Source: Thermoplasmata archaeon
GTDB taxonomy: Archaea; Thermoplasmatota; Thermoplasmata; Lutacidiplasmatales; UBA184
Assembly: GCA_021802125.1 (NCBI GenBank)
Contig: JAKAAX010000004.1
Location: forward strand, 4,560 to 68,559
Reading direction: 5' to 3'
DNA: 64,000 nt
Below, one piece after another: positions 37,463-46,475 of the stretch (the first letter of the stretch is position 1; every line of letters begins with the position of its first letter). The translations under genes were made by a program, and so were the position numbers. The notes under the pieces are model-generated. The model made no database searches. It saw nothing but the letters and a program-made list of their open reading frames with translations, and had not been told where the DNA came from.

Positions 37463-38085
37463 TGGAGCACCGCGTGGCGGACCACGTCGTCCAGCATCCG
37501 GTCCACGTCGATCTTCTGCTCTTCGCCCAGGATCTGAACGAGCCGCGTCCGAGTCGCCGGGCGGTCCGGAACAGCCTGGCAGCAAAGGCCGGGTCGCGTA
37601 GAGATGCCGTAAGTGCCGAGCGCCCGGGCACGCTCCTCGATCTCGTGCTTGTCGAAGCCGACGAGCGGGCGGACGATGGGCATCTTCACCGCGACGGTCG
37701 CAGACCGCATGTTGGAGAGCGTCTGGCTCGCGACCTGCCCGAGAGCCTCGCCCGTGAGAAGGAAGGTCGCGCCCTCGCGCTCGGCCACCTTCTCGGCCGA
37801 CCTCCACATGAAGCGTCGGCAGAGCACGCAGCCGACGTGCCGGTCCGTGTTGCGCATGAGGGTGACCTGCGTCGAGCCGTGCGGAAGGACGTAGAGCGGG
37901 AGGGTGACCCCGTACCGGGCGCGCAGGACGTCCAGGTGGTCCCGGACCTTCTCGAGAGGGGAGTCATCGGTGAAGGGGCGGTTGTCCATGTGCACAGCGA
38001 CCAGCTCGTGGCCCCGAGAGAGGAGCATATCCGCCGCGACAGGGGAGTCGATCCCCCCGGACATGAGCACGACCCCTTTCGCCAT
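37459..38085 (-). CDS. thiI: ThiI-like tRNA sulfurtransferase, PP-loop ATP-pyrophosphatase domain only
   Basis: 208 aa. PP-loop SGGIDSPVA, ThiI signature LLTGEALGQVASQTLSNM, and a CxxC motif. No THUMP or ferredoxin-like N-terminal domain is encoded. Confidence 0.75.
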   Translation of the reverse strand: MAKGVVLMSGGIDSPVAADMLLSRGHELVAVHMDNRPFTDDSPLEKVRDHLDVLRARYGVTLPLYVLPHGSTQVTLMRNTDRHVGCVLCRRFMWRSAEKVAEREGATFLLTGEALGQVASQTLSNMRSATVAVKMPIVRPLVGFDKHEIEERARALGTYGISTRPGLCCQAVPDRPATRTRLVQILGEEQKIDVDRMLDDVVRHAVLQ

Positions 38086-38302
38086 GGACGCTGCTCAAGC
38101 TGGGCCGGGCTATTTCAGACCTCTCCAGCCCCCCTCCCTCTGGGCCGGGCAGGGAGAGGTGGCTCGCGCGGGGGGGTGAGGGTCGCCCGCTCGCCGAGAC
38201 CCCGACCGAGAGGTCGGACCAACCCTTATGCGTCCGGCGAGGCATAATACCGCAGACTCGACACCCCCGTCATTTTGTCCATTGGGAAGGCAGGGGGACC
38301 CC

Positions 38303-39385
38303 GTGTTCTCTACATCGAAGGTGAGGTCGATCGCGGACCAGCGAAAGTCGGAAGGCCGGACCCCTGTGCCCAGCAAGGACCCGTTCGCCCAGGGCCCACG
38401 CCGCTTCCTCGCGATGCCCGCCGACGAGGTGGCGTTCCTCAGGAGCACGCTCAGCCTCTATCTCGGTCAGCCGCGCGTGGAGGAGCTCCTCCGGCTCTTC
38501 GGTCGCCGCCTCGGTCGGAGCATGGCGACGCTCGACCCCGAGGCTCCTGACGTGGCAGAGATGATCTGCCAGCTGGGGGCTCAGGTGGGACTCGGAAAGC
38601 TCTCGCACGTGGCAGGGACCGCTCCCGCGCTGAACCTGGGGGATGCGGACCCAGAGGCTGCGGAGCGGCCTGGGCCATCCGCGGGAGAGCGAGGATGGGT
38701 CCTCTTGCTCGAGCGGCTCGCCGAGCAGGTGCCGGCCGGTGGGACGAAGGGCGCCCCGGTCTTCACCGCGGGTCTCGTAGAGGGGCTCTTCGAAGGGGTG
38801 CTCGGGGTCCGGGTCAAAGGCGAGCTAAGGTCGCGGGGCGACGGACGGTGGGAGCTCTCCATCGGCCTCCTGCCGAGTGTGGGGCCGGAAGCGAGGGGCA
38901 CGACGCGCTTCCACCTGCCCACGACGCGAGCCTACCGTCTTGAGGTCCCGGCAGGAGGGGCCTTCTTCGACCGATTGGCCCCTTACGTCGTTCCAGGGTC
39001 CACGTTGGGGTTCACGCGTGAGCCCCCGCGCAGGCTGCGGGCCGAGTTCGGGTTCGCCGGGGTGGAACTGCATTGGTTCGCGGTGACGAACCGTCCCGGG
39101 GAGTCGGTCGTCTCGCCCAGGCAGATCGGCCATGTCGTCGAGGTTCTGGAGACCTACCTCCGCGCCCACCAAGGACCCGTGCTGGTCTTCCTCCAAGGGC
39201 TCGATTATCTCGAGAACCGGAACGCGCACTCCACCATCGTTCGTCTTGTCGAGGTCGTGAAGGAAAGGGTGACGTCGGCGGGAGGGGTGCTGGTGGTGGA
39301 ACTGCCGGTCGAGACTCTCGACCCCGACACCGCGCTCCAGCTGCGACGCGAGGTGGTCGACATCCTTCCCGCCGACGCCGCGTGA
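38303..39385 (+). CDS. Hypothetical protein with C-terminal DUF835 domain
   Basis: About 360 aa from the GTG at 38303 (RBS-like AGGCAGGGGGA). The track ORF starts at 38228, and an alternative ATG lies at 38414. C-terminal HWFAVTNRPGESVVSPRQIGHVVEVLETYL..VLVFLQGLDYLENRNAHSTIVRLVEVVKE matches the DUF835 pattern. Confidence 0.55.
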   Translation: MFSTSKVRSIADQRKSEGRTPVPSKDPFAQGPRRFLAMPADEVAFLRSTLSLYLGQPRVEELLRLFGRRLGRSMATLDPEAPDVAEMICQLGAQVGLGKLSHVAGTAPALNLGDADPEAAERPGPSAGERGWVLLLERLAEQVPAGGTKGAPVFTAGLVEGLFEGVLGVRVKGELRSRGDGRWELSIGLLPSVGPEARGTTRFHLPTTRAYRLEVPAGGAFFDRLAPYVVPGSTLGFTREPPRRLRAEFGFAGVELHWFAVTNRPGESVVSPRQIGHVVEVLETYLRAHQGPVLVFLQGLDYLENRNAHSTIVRLVEVVKERVTSAGGVLVVELPVETLDPDTALQLRREVVDILPADAA

Positions 39386-39489
39386 GACGCTCTCGGGCGG
39401 TCCCGCTCGACGGCTGTTGGACAGCGGTCCCTCGCCCGGGTGAGCGCCCCCCCGAGAAGCGCTTAGATAGGCCACGTCCTCGGGGCTCC

Positions 39490-40332
39490 GTGGCCGAGGC
39501 GGAGATCCGCGGCTCGTCGTTCCATTACGAGGATGTGGGGCAGGGCCCGGCCGTCGTTCTGCTACACGGACTGGGGGGCGATGGCCACGAGTGGGTCTAT
39601 CAGAAGGCCGCGCTCGCGTCCCGCTATCGCGTGGTCATCCCGGACCTGAAAGGCCACGGGCTCTCGGCAGCTCCCTCGACACCGGTCTACAGCCCCTTCG
39701 AACACGCCAAGGACGTGGTCGCGCTTCTCGACCACCTCAAGATCGACCAGGCGTTCATGGTCGGAATCAGTGCGGGCGGGTTCACCTGCCTCGCCCTCGC
39801 CCTCGACCACACGGCCCGTGTCCGCGGGATGGTCTTGCTCGCGACGACCGCGCACATGGACAAGTTCACCATCGCGGTAGGAAAGAAGTGGGTGGACCTC
39901 TTCCAGAAGGTCGGGTTCGACGCCTATATGGACCAGGAGATCCGGGACATCTTCTACCCGGACTGGCTCATGGAACACCTCGACCAGATGGCGAAGTTCA
40001 AGGATAGCCAGCGCGGCCGGGACCTCTCGGGCATCGCGCCGTCGGGAGCGGCCAACGTCACTTGGGACGTGCGGTCCAGGATCGGCAAGATCAAGCTGCC
40101 GACCCTCGTGGTCCACGGACTGGACGACCGTGTCGTCGACCCGACGTCGGCCCGGATCCTCCGCCAGACGATCCTGGGGTCGGAGATGAAGCTCTACCCG
40201 AACACGGGCCACATGCTCATCATCGAAAGGCCCCAGGAGATCAACGAGCTCCTTCTGGGATTCCTCGAGCGCGCGGCCGCCAAGACGTCCCCGCCGACCA
40301 CGTCTGAGGCTGGGCCAAAGCCCGAGGCCTGA
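39490..40332 (+). CDS. Alpha/beta-fold hydrolase
   Basis: About 280 aa from the GTG at 39490 (track ORF starts at 39073 with a junk N-terminus). HGLGGDGHEW, nucleophile elbow GISAGG, and a C-terminal His (NTGHM). Confidence 0.8.
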   Translation: MAEAEIRGSSFHYEDVGQGPAVVLLHGLGGDGHEWVYQKAALASRYRVVIPDLKGHGLSAAPSTPVYSPFEHAKDVVALLDHLKIDQAFMVGISAGGFTCLALALDHTARVRGMVLLATTAHMDKFTIAVGKKWVDLFQKVGFDAYMDQEIRDIFYPDWLMEHLDQMAKFKDSQRGRDLSGIAPSGAANVTWDVRSRIGKIKLPTLVVHGLDDRVVDPTSARILRQTILGSEMKLYPNTGHMLIIERPQEINELLLGFLERAAAKTSPPTTSEAGPKPEA

Positions 40333-40346
40333 GGCTGGGAGGGAAC

Positions 40347-41276
40347 ATGGTCGCCCGCCGTTCTTCCCGTGCTCCCATCCTCCCCTATCGACGGGCTGAG
40401 CTCTCGACCCCCGGCCACGACCTGAAGATGCTGAGAAAGGCCGCGGGTACGTCGGCGGACATGGTCCTCATGGACCTGGAGGACGGCTGCGCCCCGAGCC
40501 AGAAGGTGCCCGCCCGGGGCGTGGTGGTCGAGGCGGCGAAGACCCTGGACTGGGGGGGGAAGGTTCTCGCGTTCCGGCCCAACGGCTTGCGCACCCCGTA
40601 CTTCTTCGACGACCTCACGGAGGTCGTCGGGCAGGCGGGCGAGTTCCTCGACGTGATCGTCCTGCCGAAGGTCGAGGGACCAGAGGACGTCCGTTACGTG
40701 GACCGGCTCCTGGAGCACCTGGAGTGGAAGCACGACCTCGACCCCGGAAGGCTGCGACTCGAGGTGCTGATCGAGACCGCCCAGGGCGTCCTCAACGCGG
40801 GGGCCATCGCGAGGTCCTCGCCGAGGCTGGTCGCGCTCCTTTTCGGGATCTACGATTACGCCGGAGAGGTCGGGGCCACGGTGGGCAGCGACACTTTCAC
40901 GGACTTCACTTTCGCCAAGCAGTCGGCCCTCGCCGCCGCCCGCGCGGCGGGACTCCTCGCGCTGGACGGCATCACGGCCCGGTTCAAGGACCTCGAACTC
41001 ACCCGGACCGAATCGGAAAGCTCACGCCGGATGGGCTTCGACGGCAAGTGGGCCATCCACCCCTCGCAGGTCGACGTCATCCAGCGGGTCTTCACCCCGA
41101 GCCAGGAGGAGCTCGACCGGGCCGTCCGGCGGGTGACCGCCTATCGCCACGCGGACCGGGAGGGACGAGGAGCCATCGTGGTGGGCGAGGAGATGGTCGA
41201 CGAGGCCACCCTCCGGACGGAGATGAGGCGGGTCGCCCTGGGCCGTCGGCTCGGCCTGCTTTCTCCCGAGACCTAG
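40347..41276 (+). CDS. citE: CitE-like lyase (citrate lyase beta subunit / citryl- or malyl-CoA lyase, HpcH/HpaI aldolase fold)
   Basis: 309 aa. The MVLMDLEDG, VLPKVE and IETAQGV motifs are typical of CitE-family lyases. Confidence 0.85.
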   Translation: MVARRSSRAPILPYRRAELSTPGHDLKMLRKAAGTSADMVLMDLEDGCAPSQKVPARGVVVEAAKTLDWGGKVLAFRPNGLRTPYFFDDLTEVVGQAGEFLDVIVLPKVEGPEDVRYVDRLLEHLEWKHDLDPGRLRLEVLIETAQGVLNAGAIARSSPRLVALLFGIYDYAGEVGATVGSDTFTDFTFAKQSALAAARAAGLLALDGITARFKDLELTRTESESSRRMGFDGKWAIHPSQVDVIQRVFTPSQEELDRAVRRVTAYRHADREGRGAIVVGEEMVDEATLRTEMRRVALGRRLGLLSPET

Positions 41277-41309
41277 GCGGCTTATACCGGGACCGGCCCT
41301 GGGTGCCCT

Positions 41310-42275
41310 GTGCTTCGGTTCGCAGGGGTGTCCAAGCGGTACCCGGCGAACCGCTGGCTTCCTGCCCGCGACCCGGGAGGACCGGCCGCGTGGGGGCACC
41401 GAGAGGACCAGCGCCCTGCGCTGGACGGGCTAGACCTTGAGGTGCGCAACGGGGAGATCGTGGGCCTGGTCGGCCTGAACGGGGCCGGGAAGACCACGGC
41501 CATCCGGATCGCGGTCGGGGTGTCCCTCCCCACGCGAGGGTCCGTGAGCGTGGACGGCCACGACATCGTCGAGGAGAAGATCGAGGCGGCATCCACGCTG
41601 GGCTGGGTCCCGGAGTTCCCCAACTTCGAGCCGCAGGCCGGGGCGCTGGATCTTCTCCAGTACTTCGCCGGATACCATGGGATGGCGGGCGCTCCGACGC
41701 GGGAGTGGTGCATCTCCCTTCTCAAGCAGGTCGGGCTCGAGGGGCGGGAGCGGGACCGCGTCGGGACCTTCTCCCAGGGAATGAAGAAGCGGTTCGCCAT
41801 GGCCGCGGCGCTGCTCAACCGGCCGAAGAACCTGTTCCTGGACGAGCTCCTGAACGGGCTCGACCCTCAGGGCATCCGGTTCTCACGCAACCTGCTGCTG
41901 TCGCTCCGCCAGCAGGGCTGCGCGATCCTGCTCTCCTCCCACATCCTGACGGAGATCGAACAGCTGTCCGACCGTATCGCGTTCGTCCACCAGGGCAAGC
42001 TGATCAAGACGATCTCTCACGAGGAGCTCGAAAAGGCCCCCGGCAGCCGGCTGCGTATCCGGGTCACCTCCCCGGACCAGGGGGCCCTGGAGTACCTGCG
42101 CAGCGTGGGACCCACGGAGACCGACGGACCCACGTTCGTCCTTGCGGCACCCCAGGTGGACCCCGCCGAGGTGAACGCGCAGCTGGTCCGTCGGGGATAC
42201 CGGGTCGTGGACCTCCATACCGAACGCGAGGACCTGGAGGCGTACTTCTTCCGGCTCATCGGGGAGGATACGTGA
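41310..42275 (+). CDS. ABC transporter ATP-binding protein
   Basis: 321 aa, GTG start. Walker A GLNGAGKTT, ABC signature FSQGMKKR, Walker B LFLDEL. Confidence 0.85.
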   Translation: MLRFAGVSKRYPANRWLPARDPGGPAAWGHREDQRPALDGLDLEVRNGEIVGLVGLNGAGKTTAIRIAVGVSLPTRGSVSVDGHDIVEEKIEAASTLGWVPEFPNFEPQAGALDLLQYFAGYHGMAGAPTREWCISLLKQVGLEGRERDRVGTFSQGMKKRFAMAAALLNRPKNLFLDELLNGLDPQGIRFSRNLLLSLRQQGCAILLSSHILTEIEQLSDRIAFVHQGKLIKTISHEELEKAPGSRLRIRVTSPDQGALEYLRSVGPTETDGPTFVLAAPQVDPAEVNAQLVRRGYRVVDLHTEREDLEAYFFRLIGEDT

Positions 42276-43102
42276 ACTCGTTCGTCTACGACGTGCTGCG
42301 CGTGCTCCGCAACCGGGGCGTCCTCCTGGTGATGTTGCTGACGACGCTGCTCTCCTTCGTCGCGCTGACGATCTTTGTTGCGGTCGCGCGACCGCTCAGC
42401 GCGTTCCAGGTGAACGCTGACCAGACGATCGTCGTGCTGATCATGGGGATGATCTACGCCTTCTTCGTCCCCATCCTGGGGATCCAGTCCGGCTACAGCA
42501 CCTACGCGAGGGACCGGGCGACCGGCGTACTCGAGTCGGTGATGGTCCGACCCGTCACCCGGGAACGCATCATCCTCTCCCGGTACCTCGCGGTGGTGAT
42601 CGCCTCGGCCTTGGCCATCGCGGTCGCGCTGGGGCTGCTGGACCTCATCTCGGTCTTCGAGACGGGCTACGCTCTGCCGACCTTGCAGCTCGTGGGCCTC
42701 TTCCTGGGGCTGCTGGTGGAGTCGGTCGCCTTCGCCGGGCTGCTCTTCCTGCTCGCCCACCTGCTCCGTTCACCCGGCGCGATCATGGGCTCGGCGGTCG
42801 TGGTCTTCGTCCTCATCGACATCGTGTGGTTCTTCCTGCTCCTCTTCGTCGGGGTCTTCTTCGGTGGGCTCTCGACCACCTCCGGCCTCTCCCGTGTCGT
42901 GGGGTTGGAGTACGTGGACCCGTCCGGCTTCCCCCTGCTGGTCATGGCGTTCGTCCAGGGCGGCCTGTTCGGAGGGCTCATCCAGCCTCCGGGGGGGCTG
43001 GGCAGCATCGGGATCTCGGTCCCGTTCTTGGTCGTGGCCGGCCTCTTCTGGTCCATCGTGCCCTTCTTGCTGGCCCTATGGCTCGCGCGCACGCGCGACT
43101 GA
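42272..43102 (+). CDS. ABC-2 type transporter permease
   Basis: 276 aa. Its GTG start overlaps the ATPase stop (GTGA). Six predicted TM helices. The track ORF 41705..43102 has a junk N-terminal extension. Confidence 0.7.
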   Translation: MNSFVYDVLRVLRNRGVLLVMLLTTLLSFVALTIFVAVARPLSAFQVNADQTIVVLIMGMIYAFFVPILGIQSGYSTYARDRATGVLESVMVRPVTRERIILSRYLAVVIASALAIAVALGLLDLISVFETGYALPTLQLVGLFLGLLVESVAFAGLLFLLAHLLRSPGAIMGSAVVVFVLIDIVWFFLLLFVGVFFGGLSTTSGLSRVVGLEYVDPSGFPLLVMAFVQGGLFGGLIQPPGGLGSIGISVPFLVVAGLFWSIVPFLLALWLARTRD

Positions 43103-43270
43103 GCCGCGGCCGACTTCTCGACGGGGACAACGAGCGATCGGTCGGCGAGGGCAGGTGGCCCCGGTCGTCCGCCGTGTGAATCCCCAGGTTCCACCCCGTT
43201 TGTGTCCCGACGCGAGGATGGTCGATGGGCCGCAGGCCCACATGGTCCTGGGTGGGAGACGCCCTTCCCT

Positions 43271-43843
43271 CTACGCCTCGGGAGCGCCGCCCTCAGCTGG
43301 AGGGATCGTAGCGTCGCGCCCCGCGGAGCTGGCGCTCTTGGAGCCTTTCGAGGGCCGGTCCTGTTCCGCGGGCTCGTCCTGACGCTCTTCCTCAAGGCCG
43401 CGTCGGCGAAGTCGCAGGAGCCCGAGGGCGCAGGCGAGGACCCCGACGTTGGAGAAGTAGGCCCCGAGGCAGATCGGGCAGAAGACGAAGTGATGGGGGT
43501 CGATCAGGAACATCTCGGTGTATCCGAAGCCCACCGACGCCACGACACCAAGGAAGCTCAGTCCCAGGAGCGCCTGGAGGAAGCGCGGGTCGTACGTCCG
43601 GAGGAGGAGGACCTCCACCACCAGCATTGCGACGAAGCCTCCGATCCCGATGGCGTAGTCGGGGACTGGCCCCACGTGAGAATACGCGCTCTGGTCGACG
43701 GCGCCGCACTGGACCCAGGCGTTGACGTTGCAGGTCGACTGGAGGGAGGGGGTCAGGCTCTCCGCCATGGCGTAGAAGCTGAAGGCCAGCCCCACCACGA
43801 GGCAGAGGATGGTCGCTCTGTGGAGGACCTCGGCTGAGACCAT
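43271..43843 (-). CDS. Vitamin K epoxide reductase (VKOR) family membrane thiol oxidoreductase
   Basis: 190 aa from the ATG at 43843 (RBS GGGAG). Four TM core. Loop cysteine pair C-x7-C (TCNVNAWVQC). Active-site CxxC at the start of TM4 (FVFCPICLGAYFSNV), with the Y and N positions aligning to human VKORC1 CIVCITTYAINV. Confidence 0.8.
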   Translation of the reverse strand: MVSAEVLHRATILCLVVGLAFSFYAMAESLTPSLQSTCNVNAWVQCGAVDQSAYSHVGPVPDYAIGIGGFVAMLVVEVLLLRTYDPRFLQALLGLSFLGVVASVGFGYTEMFLIDPHHFVFCPICLGAYFSNVGVLACALGLLRLRRRGLEEERQDEPAEQDRPSKGSKSASSAGRDATIPPAEGGAPEA

Positions 43844-43913
43844 GGCGCTCCCGGTTTCGCGCTCCGCCAAAGCTCCAGACCTTCGTGGCTCAAGAAGTCG
43901 CGGGTTCTCCTGC

Positions 43914-45119
43914 TCAGCTGATACCGTCGAAGACCCCGATGACGTTGGGGTCGTTCTTCACCGCGGGGGGGCCGGCCCCCGCGCCCTGGGCGAGCTGGAC
44001 CGCCTTGAGCATGTAGGCCTCGAGGTAGTACTGCGCTTCGTGGACGGCGCCGTAGACCGGCCCCGTGGTCGAGTTGAGGTCGGCCTGCACCTGTTGCCAG
44101 GTGAGGGGGGTCCCTCCCGAGCCGCCACAGCCGGCGGTGGTGAGACAACCGGGGTCCACGAGGGTACCGATGTGGGCGTAGAGACCGCCCACCATGACGA
44201 AGGGGAGATTGCCGCCGGCGTACGCCTGGATGTAGGCGCCCTCGGGGCAGGAGGGGACCACGGGGCTCACGTGGGCCTGGACCGTCTCCTGGGGGTCCCA
44301 GGAGACGTAGGAGCTTTGCAGGCTCGAACTTGAGTCCAGGACGACCTCGGCGATGCCGACCTGCCCGTTCCCGTAGACATCCCCGGGGTCCGACATCCCG
44401 TAGCTGGTGCCGGTGAGGCTCCCGAACGACTGGAGAGCGCCTTTGAGCGCCCAGCTCGAGGCCGAACAGTACGGACAGGCTGTGGAGCCCCAGTAGAGCA
44501 CGATGGGGGCGTTCCCGTTCGTCCAAACGGGGTTGCTCGATTTCTCCCACGTCCCGCCCCGGTCGAAACCGGGTTCGGGCGAGACGGAAGAGGAGAGGCT
44601 AGGGCAGTGGCTCGCGAGGGAGAAGCCGACGAGCACCAGGCCCACGAGCAGGCCGGCCACGAGGCCGGAGGCGACGTTGCGCTTCCAGTTCCGGACCGAC
44701 TCCCGGCTCGCGACCACGAAGCTCGCTCCGAGCAGGACCACGCCGATGACCGCCACCACGGCGACCGCGGTGAACGGGACGATCGCCACGACGATGGGCC
44801 ACTCCAGACTGAGGACGAGAGGGACCGCCCCCGCGAGCGCCACAAGGGTGCCGACGAAGGCGACACGGCGCCACGTGGCCTTCTTGCGGGTCTCCGCCGA
44901 GCGCCCCTCCCGGGAGCGCCCGGCACCCTCGGTCCTGGGCGCGCCGGAGCGCATCGCCCGGCTGAGCTTCGAGCGACGTTGAAGGTAGAGAGCCTTCAGC
45001 GCGAGGCCCGGACGGCCCGAACCGGAGGGCGGGGAGAAGCCGACCTTCTCGTCGGCGGCGATCTCCTCCCAGCTCAGTCCCTTCCTGCGGAGCCGTTCCA
45101 CGCGGTCCCAGTCGGTCAT
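43914..45119 (-). CDS. Membrane protein: cytoplasmic HTH-like N-terminus + 3 TM + extracytoplasmic thioredoxin-fold CPYC domain (tandem paralogue 1)
   Basis: 401 aa. N-terminal MTDWDRVERLRRKGLSWEEIAADEKV (sigma-70 region-4/terminase-like HTH). Three TM helices. Ectodomain with IVLYWGSTACPYCSASSWALKGAL (DsbA/Grx-like beta1-CxxC-alpha1) plus extra Cys pairs. Confidence 0.65.
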   Translation of the reverse strand: MTDWDRVERLRRKGLSWEEIAADEKVGFSPPSGSGRPGLALKALYLQRRSKLSRAMRSGAPRTEGAGRSREGRSAETRKKATWRRVAFVGTLVALAGAVPLVLSLEWPIVVAIVPFTAVAVVAVIGVVLLGASFVVASRESVRNWKRNVASGLVAGLLVGLVLVGFSLASHCPSLSSSVSPEPGFDRGGTWEKSSNPVWTNGNAPIVLYWGSTACPYCSASSWALKGALQSFGSLTGTSYGMSDPGDVYGNGQVGIAEVVLDSSSSLQSSYVSWDPQETVQAHVSPVVPSCPEGAYIQAYAGGNLPFVMVGGLYAHIGTLVDPGCLTTAGCGGSGGTPLTWQQVQADLNSTTGPVYGAVHEAQYYLEAYMLKAVQLAQGAGAGPPAVKNDPNVIGVFDGIS

Positions 45120-45281
45120 GAACCGTCTCTCCCCCGGCTATGGACGACGGGCGCGGGAGAACGACCGAACAGAGCATCCCGCACGGGGGGTCTACCCCCG
45201 GGGGTCCTATTTCTCCTCCACGTGCGGGTCGGTCCACCTGGGAGGGACCGACCGGAGCGGGGCCCGAGACGTCCGAGCGCT

Positions 45282-46475
45282 CTAGGTGATGGCCTGGAAA
45301 TCTCCAGAGGCCGGAGAGTTAGGGTTCGTGACCACGCTAGGCAGGGGGAGCCCCGCCAACTGGTCGGCCTTCCCCATGTACGCTTCAAGCCAGAACTGGG
45401 CGGGTAAGATCGCGCTGCACACCGCGTTCTGGTTCGGGTTGTTCCCGCACGACGCGAGGTCGGAGGCCACGACCTGGGGGCTGTAGGGGGTACCCTGCGG
45501 CGAGAGAAGGGCGGGGTTGACCAGGCTGCCCGTGTGCATGAAGACCCCACCGACCACCACGAAGGGGATCCCTCCCTGGGTGTTGTACTGGGCCACGTAC
45601 GCCGACTCCGGGCAACCGACGTTCGGGACCGTGATCTGGGTGTCGTCCGCGCCCTCGTGGGGGTCCCAGCTGATGTAGGTGCTCGAGACCGAGGAGGAGA
45701 CGAAGTTGACCTCGGGGGTGTTCGGGTAGACATCCGTCGAGCTCGAGGTACCCATCGAGACGCCGCTCATGGAGGAGGAGACGTTCAACAGAGCGCCTTT
45801 GAGCGCCCAGCTCGAGGCCGAGCAATAGGGACAGGCGATGGAGCCCAGGTAGAAGACCACCGGCGCACCGTTCTGAGACCACACGGGGTTGTCCGCGCGG
45901 ATCCAGCCCGTGTCCCCTGCCGGACCGGGCTCCCCGTTCTTCGTCTGCGCGAGGTTGGGGCAGCCCTGGGAGAGCGAGACGGACGCCAGGACACCGGCCA
46001 GCACGATCCCTAGGATGACCCCTGCGATGACCCCGCCCTTCCACATCGCGAGGGCCCTGCCGCTGCCGGCGATGAACGCGGCACCGAGCAGGATGCCTCC
46101 GACCGCGGCCACCACGACGAGGGCAAGCTGGGGCACCAGGTAGACGATGAGGCGGAGCTCGAAGCTCAAGAGCAGCGGGATGGCTCCCGCGAGGGCGACG
46201 AGGATCCCCAAGAACGCGGTGGTGCGGAAGATCTTCCTCTTCGTCCATCCGCCCTTCGCGCCGCTTCCCGACCCTCCGGAGGCTCCGCCCGTCTCCGAGC
46301 CGCCCTTGGCCTGACGGCGGGTGCGCGACCGGCGCTGGAAGTAGAGCGCCTTGAGGGCGAGCCCGGGCTTCTCCGTCCCCTCGGGGGGCTTGAACTCGAC
46401 CCGGTCGTCGGCCGCGATCTCGTCCCAGCTCTGGCCCCGTCCCCGAAGCCTCTCGACGCGTTCCCAGTCCGTCAT
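45282..46475 (-). CDS. Membrane protein: cytoplasmic HTH-like N-terminus + 3 TM + extracytoplasmic thioredoxin-fold CPYC domain (tandem paralogue 2)
   Basis: 397 aa. N-terminus MTDWERVERLRGRGQSWDEIAADDRV is nearly identical to paralogue 1. VVFYLGSIACPYCSASSWALKGAL. Same architecture. Confidence 0.65.
   Translation of the reverse strand: MTDWERVERLRGRGQSWDEIAADDRVEFKPPEGTEKPGLALKALYFQRRSRTRRQAKGGSETGGASGGSGSGAKGGWTKRKIFRTTAFLGILVALAGAIPLLLSFELRLIVYLVPQLALVVVAAVGGILLGAAFIAGSGRALAMWKGGVIAGVILGIVLAGVLASVSLSQGCPNLAQTKNGEPGPAGDTGWIRADNPVWSQNGAPVVFYLGSIACPYCSASSWALKGALLNVSSSMSGVSMGTSSSTDVYPNTPEVNFVSSSVSSTYISWDPHEGADDTQITVPNVGCPESAYVAQYNTQGGIPFVVVGGVFMHTGSLVNPALLSPQGTPYSPQVVASDLASCGNNPNQNAVCSAILPAQFWLEAYMGKADQLAGLPLPSVVTNPNSPASGDFQAIT

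Noticed and set aside
45111-45120. Apparent 2-nt mismatch between my manual position of the ATG of gene 43914..45119 and the ORF-track coordinate
   Set aside because: Probably a counting slip on my side within lines 43921-45120. The track length (1206 nt = 402 codons) is internally consistent, so I used the track coordinates for this gene.
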